Shown here: positions 49,147 to 58,435 of the stretch, in pieces
How positions within the stretch are numbered: the first letter of the stretch is position 1
How the letters are laid out: each line of letters begins with the position of its first letter
IMG/VR virus record: IMGVR_UViG_3300014202_001519
Length of the DNA stretch: 64,000 bases
Origin: a virus
Reading direction: 5' to 3' (one strand)
Notes under the pieces: generated by a model
The model's input: the letters and a program-made list of their open reading frames with translations, nothing else
The model's database searches: none
What the model was told of the DNA's origin: nothing
Made by a program: the position numbers and the translations under genes

Positions 49147-50442
49147 ATGGTTAAATCATTCGATGTATTTGATACTATTATAGGCAGAAAGTGCGACCGC
49201 CCAGGTTGTATTTTCGATGAGGTTGAAGTTATTTCTAAATTCAATAACTTCAAACTTTTTAGAAAACAAGCAGAGAAAACATCCCCTATTAAAAACCTTG
49301 ATGACATTTATGTTACTTTTCAAATTATAACCAATTGCACCACAGATACTGCGAGTTATTTAAAGTCTTTAGAACTAGAAAGAGAGCTTAACAATTTCTT
49401 TCTGATTAAAAAAAATTATAAACTTGTAAACAACGGCGATATTTTAATATCGGATACTTATTTCACCAAAACTCAATTGATAAACTTTTTGAATCACGTT
49501 GGATTCAATAAAACCGTAGAGATTATAGCAAGTTATGATGGTAAAAGTTCTGGAAGAACCTGGAACGAATTGCGCACACGGAAAATCAGTCATATTGGGG
49601 ACAACAAACACTCCGATATAGCAATGCCTGCTAAGTTCGGCATTCCGTCCTTCTTCTTTAACCCTAATATGACAGACGCAGAAAACTTTGTTGAAAAACA
49701 TGCCAAGGGGTTAGGTAAAACGATGCGAGTTCTTCGTTTGTCCAATCCTTATGACGGAGACAAAGAAACATATTGGGACCAACAAAGCGGTGTTAATTTC
49801 CCATTGCTTGTAGCGACCTCATATTTTTTGAATGCTATTTGTTTGAAAAAAGGTTATAGTAAAATACTATTCGTTACACGCGATTGTGTACATTTACAAA
49901 AAATCTATCAAAAATTATTTCCAAAACAGGAGGCGGTTACATTTCAAAGTTCTCGCATAATGATAGATTCTAATAATAAAGAATATAAGCAATATGTTAA
50001 AGCTACATGCAACAACACAACTATCATGGTAGATTTGCATACAACTGGACGGCGATATAGGGAGATGGCGGCTTCTCTTGGATATCCATTTAATTTTTTT
50101 TCCCTAGTAACCACCTCGCTCAAGTTCCTTGCAGAATCACAATATTTCATTAAAACTTTTCCAGCCAGTGGCAGACGGTTAGAAATACTTAATAATGATT
50201 TGATAGGCACGATGGTAAATTATAGAAATGGTATAGTAATCAGAAACCCAATTGAGTACGATGCCAATATTATAAAATCTGGCCATGAGTGCATAGACTT
50301 GGGTTTAAAATTAATTGAAAACATTACGGTCCAAAACTCCAAAGCGGTGATGACCTTTTTGATTAAGCAGATTGAACTACTGCCAAACATCGCCGCTATT
50401 AGTCATCATGATAAACACAAAGCACACATAAAGCTATGGTAA
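49147..50442 (+). CDS. HAD-like hydrolase of polysaccharide loci
   Basis: SFDVFDT, LISDTY, KSSG, HIGDN.HSD, LFVTRD. Confidence 0.8.
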   Translation: MVKSFDVFDTIIGRKCDRPGCIFDEVEVISKFNNFKLFRKQAEKTSPIKNLDDIYVTFQIITNCTTDTASYLKSLELERELNNFFLIKKNYKLVNNGDILISDTYFTKTQLINFLNHVGFNKTVEIIASYDGKSSGRTWNELRTRKISHIGDNKHSDIAMPAKFGIPSFFFNPNMTDAENFVEKHAKGLGKTMRVLRLSNPYDGDKETYWDQQSGVNFPLLVATSYFLNAICLKKGYSKILFVTRDCVHLQKIYQKLFPKQEAVTFQSSRIMIDSNNKEYKQYVKATCNNTTIMVDLHTTGRRYREMAASLGYPFNFFSLVTTSLKFLAESQYFIKTFPASGRRLEILNNDLIGTMVNYRNGIVIRNPIEYDANIIKSGHECIDLGLKLIENITVQNSKAVMTFLIKQIELLPNIAAISHHDKHKAHIKLW

Positions 50443-51134
50443 TAAATTCATTATGGATAGGGCAATGCCCATTACGATTACAACAAAAACTTACCATCAA
50501 ATCATTTATAAAGAATGGCTACAAGTTTAGGGTTTGGTCTTATAATCCTAAATTAGTCTTGCCGATCAAGGCGGAACTGGCCGATGCAAGTTTGATTGTT
50601 CCAGAAAACGAGATATACCAGCTAAAGAATTTCGGCGGCAGTTATGTGTTCTTTGCAGATTACTTCCAATGTTGTTTTTTATACTCTCACGGCGGTATTT
50701 GGTCACACTTAGATGTAACTTGCTTGAAATCTTTACCAGAATATAACCAAGAATATCTGTTTGTTCCACACTGGAAAACAAAAATTGGTTCATATGCAAT
50801 GAAAGCCCCCCAACACTCTGAATTTGCTCTAAATCTAAAAACCGAACATAAAAGGCTTTTCAATAAAGATACAGTAGATTGGCACTCAAGCATGGAACTG
50901 ATGAGCAATATGGTTTATAAATTCAAACTAGAAAATTACATAGTTGATAAGGCAAAAGTCACCATTGATTATCCTGTGAATAATTCCTGGGAGCAGATGT
51001 ACCAAGAAGATCAAGAAAATTTACACTTGATTCATTGGTGTGATTTTGCAACAATCCAGATTAGTAATAATTACAGCAGCAATAATTTTTATTCGAGACT
51101 TCTAAACAAGTATGTTATGCCATCACATAAATAA
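50436..51134 (+). CDS. glycosyltransferase (GT-A, GT32/capsular-synthesis-like)
   Basis: SLWIG, IKSF...GY..WSY, DAS.I, FADYF, GGIWSHLDV.CLK. Confidence 0.75.
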   Translation: MVINSLWIGQCPLRLQQKLTIKSFIKNGYKFRVWSYNPKLVLPIKAELADASLIVPENEIYQLKNFGGSYVFFADYFQCCFLYSHGGIWSHLDVTCLKSLPEYNQEYLFVPHWKTKIGSYAMKAPQHSEFALNLKTEHKRLFNKDTVDWHSSMELMSNMVYKFKLENYIVDKAKVTIDYPVNNSWEQMYQEDQENLHLIHWCDFATIQISNNYSSNNFYSRLLNKYVMPSHK

Positions 51135-51764
51135 TTTATTGCTAGGCTTTGTCAAATAACTTATATTAGCATACCCTTTATCCACAAACACAGGGTTGTT
51201 TTCGGCGGTAGTCATTCTCTTAATTTTTAGATGGTTTTTTTCAGCATATTTATTAAGTGCGACTCTCGGCCCCATAATATCCACATGGTTTACATCATGC
51301 AAACAACATACCCCTTTGGATAAAAGTAATGGAAAATAATTGTGTAGGTCTTCGAAAGCAGCAGCCTCAGTATGATCGCCGTCAATGAAAATAAAACCAG
51401 TGTTAGTCTTTATTTCTCTGCTTATAAAATTTAAGGCTTCTTGAGAAAATTTACGGATAACAATAACCCTATCCTTTACGGGTTCTATGTTTCTCAAAAA
51501 TTTTTCATATACTATCTGACCAAGCATCTTTTGATCGGATATCCAAAAGTCAATCCAGGGATCAATTACCACAAGCTTTTTATCTACTTCCCTGGCGATA
51601 TGAGCCAAGAACGTAGATGTTGCGCCAATGTATGCTCCTATTTCTATCCCATATCTGCCAGGCGACTGAGCAAATAACAATCCTAAATTAACCTTCTCAT
51701 CTTCTGGAGGGCTGTATATGCCATCAATGTGCTTGATGTTGGTTAAAAAATCTGATACTTTCAT
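51123..51764 (-). CDS. class I SAM methyltransferase (Methyltransf_24-like)
   Basis: IEIGAYIGATS, IDPW, FIFIDGDH, LHD. Confidence 0.85.
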   Translation of the reverse strand: MKVSDFLTNIKHIDGIYSPPEDEKVNLGLLFAQSPGRYGIEIGAYIGATSTFLAHIAREVDKKLVVIDPWIDFWISDQKMLGQIVYEKFLRNIEPVKDRVIVIRKFSQEALNFISREIKTNTGFIFIDGDHTEAAAFEDLHNYFPLLLSKGVCCLHDVNHVDIMGPRVALNKYAEKNHLKIKRMTTAENNPVFVDKGYANISYLTKPSNKLFM

Positions 51765-52762
51765 ATAACCTTTATAAAACTTTTGTTCAAAATGTAGTTA
51801 ATGACTGGCATCCAATGATTCCAACTGCACTTATTTGCAACATGCTCCAAACAGCTTAAAGACAGTCTATTCCTTAATTTTACGTCTGTCAACAACAGTT
51901 TTGCATTATCATATAGTTCATCTTCGCGGTTGTAGTCACAACGCAGACAATTATACTCATGTATTAAGTCATCATCGCCGTTTATAATAGCTCTTGCGGT
52001 AACAGTGCCTTTAGTCATTGCTTCTAATGGAGATAAACTGCGTGCATCATATCTAGTTGCTTTGACTAATATTGTTGCATTTTTGTACAATTCATTCATT
52101 TTCTTTAAGTCTGGTTTATAATAATATTCGTTCGGAATATCGGTTAGGGTTTTTAGTGGATGTTGAGAGTATGCTATTATTTTATACCCATCAGCTTTAA
52201 GTCTTTTGGCAACCTTCGGGCCTATTTGTAATTCATCTTTGCAATAGTTGGCAGGTTCCCAACCCTCAACCAATACTGTTTTATTGTCCTTTAATTCATT
52301 CTCAATTGGGAAATCTTTAAAGCTGATGCCGTTACCAACATAATGAGTTTTGCCCACTCTGTTGAAATCTTTTTTCACCATGTCTATGTTCCACTGACTA
52401 ATAGCAATCATGGGATATCTAGAACTGTAAAACTCATTACATTTAATTAACCATTTTTTATTATTTGGCATAAAAAGATGTTCTACCATCTGCATGAATA
52501 TTACTTTTAACCTGGGATTAGGATAGTTAGCATATTTCATCCCGTTCGGATTTGTTATAATCAAACAATCTACAGAATTTATTATGTTGTCATTTTTAAC
52601 TAATTTTAGTTTGGGATCGAAGGTGAACCAGTCACAAATGGTTGTGTTTTCTTGATTATACAAGTAAACTTCATTCCATTGAATTAGCCGATTAGCCCAC
52701 TCAAGAATTATTCTTATGCCACCATACACTCTTAATGTAGGTGTAATTATTAGTATTTTCAT
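51761..52762 (-). CDS. GT4-like glycosyltransferase
   Basis: GGIRIILEWANRL, AISQW, GNGI, SLSPLEAM.KG; start trimmed to MKILII. Confidence 0.8.
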   Translation of the reverse strand: MKILIITPTLRVYGGIRIILEWANRLIQWNEVYLYNQENTTICDWFTFDPKLKLVKNDNIINSVDCLIITNPNGMKYANYPNPRLKVIFMQMVEHLFMPNNKKWLIKCNEFYSSRYPMIAISQWNIDMVKKDFNRVGKTHYVGNGISFKDFPIENELKDNKTVLVEGWEPANYCKDELQIGPKVAKRLKADGYKIIAYSQHPLKTLTDIPNEYYYKPDLKKMNELYKNATILVKATRYDARSLSPLEAMTKGTVTARAIINGDDDLIHEYNCLRCDYNREDELYDNAKLLLTDVKLRNRLSLSCLEHVANKCSWNHWMPVINYILNKSFIKVI

Positions 52763-52769
52763 TTCCCGC

Positions 52770-53363
52770 CTAAATAAAAGGATTCTTAACACTGGCAGAC
52801 TGTAGTTCTGTAAAAGTTAATTCGTTGGCACTTCTGCCATCTTGCAAATGAATATTGCCAACAAACCACTTAGTCCCAAGTCCTTCCTCACACCATTTTG
52901 ATTTAGCTTTGTTGAACTCGATAATGTCAGTTAAAGACCTCGATAATGAATAATACTTATAGTAAATTAGCCACATGTTTTTTTTATTCATCATATCTGA
53001 AAAGCTATAGCGATAATCAAAAATAAAATCCTTACAAGCATCAAAATGATTTATTTTCTCGGATATTGTTCCGCCAAGTTCTGAATATGACTTAGTTATT
53101 AAACTTTTTTCAACTTCTTGATAATCTCTGGTAAAGTAGATAACTTTATGTGGTTCGAAAGATTCGATGTGATCTTTGATAGTATAAAATTTTGACACCG
53201 TGCATTTGAGTATCACATCTATATCAGAAGGAAACTCAGAATGCGACGGTGCCAATTCTTGATTATACAGATCAATTATACCAATAGTATTTGATCTTTG
53301 TGATAACAAATAGGCGAATAACGACGATCCAGAAGATTGCAGAGCATATATTAAATACCTCAT
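52770..53363 (-). CDS. sulfotransferase-like protein
   Basis: YALQSSGSSL, VILK, YFTRD...SL; TATATA 4 nt before ATG. Confidence 0.5.
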   Translation of the reverse strand: MRYLIYALQSSGSSLFAYLLSQRSNTIGIIDLYNQELAPSHSEFPSDIDVILKCTVSKFYTIKDHIESFEPHKVIYFTRDYQEVEKSLITKSYSELGGTISEKINHFDACKDFIFDYRYSFSDMMNKKNMWLIYYKYYSLSRSLTDIIEFNKAKSKWCEEGLGTKWFVGNIHLQDGRSANELTFTELQSASVKNPFI

Positions 53364-53375
53364 GCCTTATATAGT

Positions 53376-53816
53376 TTATAAATTACCATAAAGCTCATTG
53401 ATTAATTCAAGCTTCATGGATAGCCCATCAACCCCTTCTTCTCCCGCAACTGGATACCTTGCTTTGCGGTAGTCTGCATAAATCGGCAAATCCACCAATT
53501 CAGCAAAGGTTTCATCCTTGCCGTCTTTGTAGTATTGGCCTTTCTTGCCCCATTTTACATTCTTTATGACCTTCTTGCAAAAGATGGAAGTCAATGCAGG
53601 CTCAGGTTGCGGCACAGCAACGGCATAGCCTACTATCTGCCCCGCAGAGTTCTTTAGTTTTGCACGAATGACACGGTTCTGTGGTTCCTTACGGTCCCAG
53701 CGGTCCCACGCCGCCTTTTCATGTAGGGCTTTGGTAAAAGCCATATTGAGTGCCTTCAACTTGTGATAGGTTTCCACGTCACAAGGATACCAACCATACT
53801 TACCTTCCTGTTTCAT
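53376..53816 (-). CDS. hypothetical protein
   Basis: AAGGAG SD. Confidence 0.65.
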   Translation of the reverse strand: MKQEGKYGWYPCDVETYHKLKALNMAFTKALHEKAAWDRWDRKEPQNRVIRAKLKNSAGQIVGYAVAVPQPEPALTSIFCKKVIKNVKWGKKGQYYKDGKDETFAELVDLPIYADYRKARYPVAGEEGVDGLSMKLELINELYGNL

Positions 53817-53827
53817 TTGAATCTCCT

Positions 53828-54256
53828 TTAAACAGTTGTTCTTGTACCTAAATCAAACCAACCAACGGCCATTTTCTGGTTCTCTTCATAGCCACGCAGC
53901 GTATCCTTCACCTTATTGAACTCATCATAAAACTCATGATGAAGGCGATAAGGTTTCAATGCACTGTTTTTCCTGTGACCACGTTCATCACAACAGAAGT
54001 GGTCGCCAACCTTTTCCACGAACAGATTATGCCATTTCAACTCTTCCGCCAATTGCTCTGGCGTTAGTCTCACAACGACATATCTGCGCCAATATTTGGC
54101 ATTATTCTTATAATTCTCATGGTGGAGAGCATACCAATGCATCTCTTCTTTATATTCACACATACCAGCCAATGGGCCATCCCACCAGTTATTATGCCAT
54201 AAGAACTTGACCTTGATCTTTGGTAGATCACGCAGGTCTACCTTAGTCGTCTTCAC
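53828..54256 (-). CDS. hypothetical protein
   Basis: WWDGPLAGMC motif. Confidence 0.65.
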   Translation of the reverse strand: MKTTKVDLRDLPKIKVKFLWHNNWWDGPLAGMCEYKEEMHWYALHHENYKNNAKYWRRYVVVRLTPEQLAEELKWHNLFVEKVGDHFCCDERGHRKNSALKPYRLHHEFYDEFNKVKDTLRGYEENQKMAVGWFDLGTRTTV

Positions 54257-54980
54257 TTTTTATCACCCCGTCTCTCATATAAAAATGCTTAACAGATGTT
54301 ACAGCCACATTGAAATACTTATCACTACCACTAATACTACGCAAGCACTCCTTTAGTGGAAGTGCAGGCAACTCCAGATAACCGAATGTCGCCTCGCGTT
54401 TCAGGATACCATTATGAGCTTCGGTTAAGTCCAGACGTTCTAGCTTCCATGAATTGTCATCACCCCAAACGCACCCCATAACGAACCCAAGTCTGAGGTC
54501 GTACTCGATTTTACCTGAATAGATGGCACTATCCGTTTCATGGGCTTTGAGTTCGGATTCCCAATCTGGAGAACCGTCCTCGTTTTCATAGTCACGCTCA
54601 TGGCGATCCACTTTTAGCCAGTGATGATTAGCTTCTGGATACTTGTGGAGTTCGCTTTCTGGCGTTGCCTTCCAGATATAAGGACTATACCTGGCGACGT
54701 AAAACCCTGTCGGACAAAAGCCATGTCCTACGGGTTCTTCGCCGCCTATCTTTTTACAATCAGGCAGTGACATAAGGCTAGTAGCGGTATAATGCTCTGA
54801 ATATACTGCATACCATTTGCCATCGGCACCGATGAACGGGCAGAAAGTGGCTTCGCCATAGCTGGGATAATTACGTTGGTATTCACCAATCTGTTTATCC
54901 CCTTCAAACACACCAATCTTGGTGTAATTCCAACAACCAGGCTTAATTTCAACCTTATCAAGCAATTTCGCACTATACAT
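54243..54980 (-). CDS. hypothetical protein
   Basis: YQRNY...TFCPF, YTAT, GFCPTGFYV, GCVWGDDNSWK. Confidence 0.7.
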   Translation of the reverse strand: MYSAKLLDKVEIKPGCWNYTKIGVFEGDKQIGEYQRNYPSYGEATFCPFIGADGKWYAVYSEHYTATSLMSLPDCKKIGGEEPVGHGFCPTGFYVARYSPYIWKATPESELHKYPEANHHWLKVDRHERDYENEDGSPDWESELKAHETDSAIYSGKIEYDLRLGFVMGCVWGDDNSWKLERLDLTEAHNGILKREATFGYLELPALPLKECLRSISGSDKYFNVAVTSVKHFYMRDGVIKSEDD

Positions 54981-55470
54981 AATTCTCTCCTAAATTGAAT
55001 GAAGGCACAGCCTCCACAAACTTATCTCTGCTCAATTCATCCTTGAAACAATATTCACTGAATCCATAGTCATAACCCGTTTTACCTAGCCACACAATGG
55101 TCCAGGTGCCTTCATGCCCATGTTCCCCAGGATCACGGGTATGGTAGTCGTAATTATGAACTACACCATCCTTGGTGTAGGATTTTGGGATGGTATAAGG
55201 CTCAATCGCCAGGACTTTTGGACAGCCTGGATACTCAGAACAATGCTCCCCACAAACCTTACAATCCATTGGACCGAAAGTTTGCCAACACCAACGACAA
55301 GCAAAGTCATTGGTTGGATAGCAACCTTCTACCATGACGGAATATGGAAACTTTTTTAGAGTTTCCGATGCGTCATTCCACGGGTTTTTACCACTATTTG
55401 CTTCCATAAACTGTTCTATTGATGCTATTTGCATCTTTGTATAATCTTTCATTTTTCTCCTCGTTGCCAC
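54973..55470 (-). CDS. hypothetical protein
   Basis: KTGYDYGFSEY. Confidence 0.65.
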   Translation of the reverse strand: MATRRKMKDYTKMQIASIEQFMEANSGKNPWNDASETLKKFPYSVMVEGCYPTNDFACRWCWQTFGPMDCKVCGEHCSEYPGCPKVLAIEPYTIPKSYTKDGVVHNYDYHTRDPGEHGHEGTWTIVWLGKTGYDYGFSEYCFKDELSRDKFVEAVPSFNLGENYV

Positions 55471-55796
55471 TTGCTAAAAGCTGCTCTAAATTCTTTCTCA
55501 TCCATTTCCCCTGTAGCTCGTTTGTAATACAAACTATCCTTCACGGGGATTTCGTCAATGGACGATTTAACGTCTGACAAATCCAATCCTAATGAATTTG
55601 CCTCGTCCAATAGTTGTTTCAGTGTATACGAATGGCATAGAATCCATTCGTCGGTCTTGGAACCGCCAAGAGCATTGGCAAATTCCATTGCTCCATAACA
55701 ATTAGCGCATTTAAGGCTAATTGCCTTCTTCAAGGCTTCCTTAGAAATCGTGCGTTCCTTAACGATGGTCGTTTCTTGAATCTTTAGAATACTCAT
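55449..55796 (-). CDS. hypothetical protein coupled to pth2
   Basis: GGAGG SD; ATG overlaps pth2 TGA. Confidence 0.65.
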   Translation of the reverse strand: MSILKIQETTIVKERTISKEALKKAISLKCANCYGAMEFANALGGSKTDEWILCHSYTLKQLLDEANSLGLDLSDVKSSIDEIPVKDSLYYKRATGEMDEKEFRAAFSKWQRGEK

Positions 55797-56146
55797 GACA
55801 GTACCTCCTGAGTAGGCGCATTATCTCCCAGGCATCTATATGCGCGGAATAGATGCCGTTTCTCACCAAAAATAGGTTCGGTTGCTAAAGCGGTAGCTTC
55901 GCCGTTACGGTCAGGCTCGGTGAAAATCCGATACTGAACGCCAGCTTTGTCAAGCTTACGCGCGGAGTTATAGAGTTGTTGTTCGCCCTTGACACCAAGG
56001 ACAACAAGATGGGGATGCTCTAAGTCGTTATGCAGAAAGGATTTAGCGGATTCAATGCAAGCATGAGCAGATTGAACAACCTGCTGTGGAAAGGAAAGGT
56101 CTTTCCGAATGAAAATGTAAACGTAAGGCGTGTCCTAGTGAGTCAT
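55793..56146 (-). CDS. pth2: peptidyl-tRNA hydrolase 2-like protein with in-frame TAG at codon 4 (readthrough candidate)
   Basis: Manual translation MTH*DTPYVYIFIRKDLSFPQQVVQSAHACIE...HPHLVVLGV...FTEPDRNGEATALATEPI...RHLFRAYRCL...; AAGGAG SD at 56153-56158; TAG at 56135-56137. Confidence 0.8.
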
Positions 56147-56159
56147 TGTGTTCTCCTTA

Positions 56160-56291
56160 ATTAAGGTGCGTCGTGTTTTGGACAATAAGGAAATCCTGTT
56201 TCGCCACATGCGACACAGCAATTTTCATCCCTACAGTGTTCAACATGAGTGTTGAGTTGTTCAGCACTCATACCGATGCGTTGGTCTTCCA
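56160..56291 (-). CDS. small Zn-finger protein (about 43 aa)
   Basis: GTG start; ...CCVACGETGFPYCPKH; below ORF-track cutoff. Confidence 0.45.
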
Positions 56292-56316
56292 CACACTATA
56301 ATAGGGCTTACGAATC

Positions 56317-56460
56317 AAAAAATGAAGGTTTTTCGTATACTTGAGCTATTTATTGTGGCTGCGTAGGCGGGAAACCTTCAAACCGCCATACCTTTTCACC
56401 ACTGCTCAAATAAACGGTCCTGTGCGCTAGGCCAACACGGATGACTTCGGCCAGGTATCC
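56317..56460 (-). ncRNA. candidate structured RNA
   Basis: Own N16 promoter; nested stems and a 9-bp loop-tail complementarity. Confidence 0.35.
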
Positions 56461-56463
56461 ACT

Positions 56464-56491
56464 ACAATACGCCAAAATTTTTGTTTGTCAA
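56464..56491 (-). promoter_or_regulatory. sigma70-type promoter TTGACA-N16-TATTGT
   Basis: Heads the pth2 transcription unit. Confidence 0.6.
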
Positions 56492-56522
56492 ACAGAATTT
56501 TTGGTTTTGCCCTAAATAAAGC

Positions 56523-57269
56523 ATGGGAAATTTCAATGACTTCATGTTCACCAAAACGTTAGATCGGCTGGCCGAAAGATGCGTAAGAGAGAAGCTGCCT
56601 ATCGTTGAATTTGTAGATTGGTACATGGAAGAAGGCCAACATTTGAGCGAAGCTGGTTTTTGGGGCGATGTAGGTAAGAGTGCCCTAGCTGGTGGTGGTT
56701 ATGGAGCATTGGCAGGTTCTCCCTTTGGTATGGGTGCCGCTGGAGCATTAGGCGGTGCAGCTTTGGGTGGAGTATATGGTGGTCTAAAAAACGTTGCTAA
56801 CCGTTTTGGTCGTGGTAATTATAACACAACAAAGCAAGCCGCTCTTGACGCTCTACAGAAGTTTGCCGCTTTATCACCACGTCATAAAGCGGACATTGAC
56901 CAGATGATTAGTAATTTAAGTGCAATTCAACCAGATGGCGGGGCAGCAAGCAGTACGCCAGCACCAACTACAGCAAGCAAAGGTAGCACGCCCCCGCCAG
57001 CATCAGCTATCAATATAAAACGTGGTTATATAGCCGCCGCAATGAAAGACCCACTTATCAAAGACCTTGGCAATGATCTAATTGGCAATCTTGCTCATAA
57101 CAACATTCCTATTGAGCAATTTATGAAAATTCTCAAAACGCATGAAGCAACAACATCTTCTCCAGAAGAAGCTGTTGTTAAGACCTTACAGGAACTTGGT
57201 ATTCGTAATCGAGCAGGCGGTCATTATAGCTGGAATCCTACAAAGAGCGCATTTGAGCATACTTCTTAA
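56523..57269 (+). CDS. putative internal virion protein with glycine zipper
   Basis: TAAATA 4 nt before ATG; LSEAG; GALAG..GAAGALGGAALGG. Confidence 0.6.
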   Translation: MGNFNDFMFTKTLDRLAERCVREKLPIVEFVDWYMEEGQHLSEAGFWGDVGKSALAGGGYGALAGSPFGMGAAGALGGAALGGVYGGLKNVANRFGRGNYNTTKQAALDALQKFAALSPRHKADIDQMISNLSAIQPDGGAASSTPAPTTASKGSTPPPASAINIKRGYIAAAMKDPLIKDLGNDLIGNLAHNNIPIEQFMKILKTHEATTSSPEEAVVKTLQELGIRNRAGGHYSWNPTKSAFEHTS

Positions 57270-57499
57270 GGTGTATGGTCGTTAATCCACTTCCAAGCAT
57301 CCTCCATTGACTCGAAATTCTTGGCATGTTGAACATTCTCGGATGGATAATGCTCTGTAACGTACATATACGCCCATTGATGGCCATTCCATACTTTATT
57401 GTTATATGTTAATACTTTGACATATACTTTATCACCTACGCTAAGAACCTTATAGAAATCCATATCAAAGCTCCAATTAGTGCAATTGCAATAATCCAA
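57266..57499 (-). CDS. small hypothetical protein
   Basis: FESMEDAWKWI tail. Confidence 0.45.
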   Translation of the reverse strand: MDYCNCTNWSFDMDFYKVLSVGDKVYVKVLTYNNKVWNGHQWAYMYVTEHYPSENVQHAKNFESMEDAWKWINDHTP

Positions 57500-57711
57500 T
57501 CTATCGGTTTCGTTCCTTGAGGAATGTCAGGAATCATTTTACACCATGTCAGGTGGATTGCCAGCGAAAGAGTACCCACAATTCATGCCGCCAGCCCAAA
57601 GCAAAAACCCGCCGACAAACAATTGCGGCTCTGCTTTACTAAGAAAATAAATTCCAGCAACCATTTGAAATACTATAAGTATTGCCATATACCAAGGATT
57701 CTTTCTTGTAA

Positions 57712-58065
57712 TCATATGCTGTAATCCTGTAATTGTCGAGGTTTCTCTTTTGTAAGTTTATCCACCGCTCGGTTTATACGGCGAACTTTACTTCTAATCA
57801 ATTTCCAATCTTCTTTATGGATGAAACGACAGGAATGGAAGATTGGATAGCCATTGACACCCATATTGAAAGTGTCTTTCATGTCTCCGATAATCTGACC
57901 AATATTGTCTATTTCATCCTTACTTATATCATCTTTGGACATAAGTGACAAGGGCATAAAGATGCTCTTGATTAGGTTTTCAGGGGCAGCATCGGAACAG
58001 AAAATTTGGTTTTGAACTATCCCCTTCGCTATCTCGTTCACTTCTTTCTTCTGAAGCCTTTGCAT
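57712..58065 (-). CDS. hypothetical protein
   Basis: IFMPL...VNGYPIFHSC motif; GAGGTG SD. Confidence 0.6.
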   Translation of the reverse strand: MQRLQKKEVNEIAKGIVQNQIFCSDAAPENLIKSIFMPLSLMSKDDISKDEIDNIGQIIGDMKDTFNMGVNGYPIFHSCRFIHKEDWKLIRSKVRRINRAVDKLTKEKPRQLQDYSI

Positions 58066-58435
58066 CGGGCACCTCTCTGTATATCATTACACCTTCAGCT
58101 TCGTTTGCTTTACTATCCCATGAGAGATACTTGGCTAAATCGTCTCTTGGACTGTAAGGATTTACAATAGGTTCAGTGATTCGGAACGCCATATGGTGAA
58201 TCCCAAAGAAGGCAAGTCCAACGGTTTGACCTTTAACGCCTTCAATAAGTTCATCAGCGTAATGTTTGATTTCTTCGACGGCTGTTATCAGGGAGTCACC
58301 AGGGCATTCAATGAGAACAGTTTCACCTTTTCTTAGGTTACATTCAAGAACGCCGCCTAGCACGGTGAATACGATACTCCCACCACGACTATTAATCTTG
58401 AAAAAGTTATCGACCTTCATTACAAGTTCTTTCAT
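57980..58435 (-). CDS. stand-alone EF-Tu domain II-like beta-barrel protein
   Basis: MKVDNFFKINSRGG..FTVLGGV....LRKGETV...EEIKHYADELIEGVKGQTVGLAFFGI parallels EF-Tu D2; GGAGG SD. Confidence 0.55.
   Translation of the reverse strand: MKELVMKVDNFFKINSRGGSIVFTVLGGVLECNLRKGETVLIECPGDSLITAVEEIKHYADELIEGVKGQTVGLAFFGIHHMAFRITEPIVNPYSPRDDLAKYLSWDSKANEAEGVMIYREVPDAKASEERSERDSEGDSSKPNFLFRCCP

Noticed and set aside
55793-56146. pth2 as a simple pseudogene
   Set aside because: Single lesion, with SD, motifs and downstream coupling intact; disfavoured but not excluded without homolog comparison.
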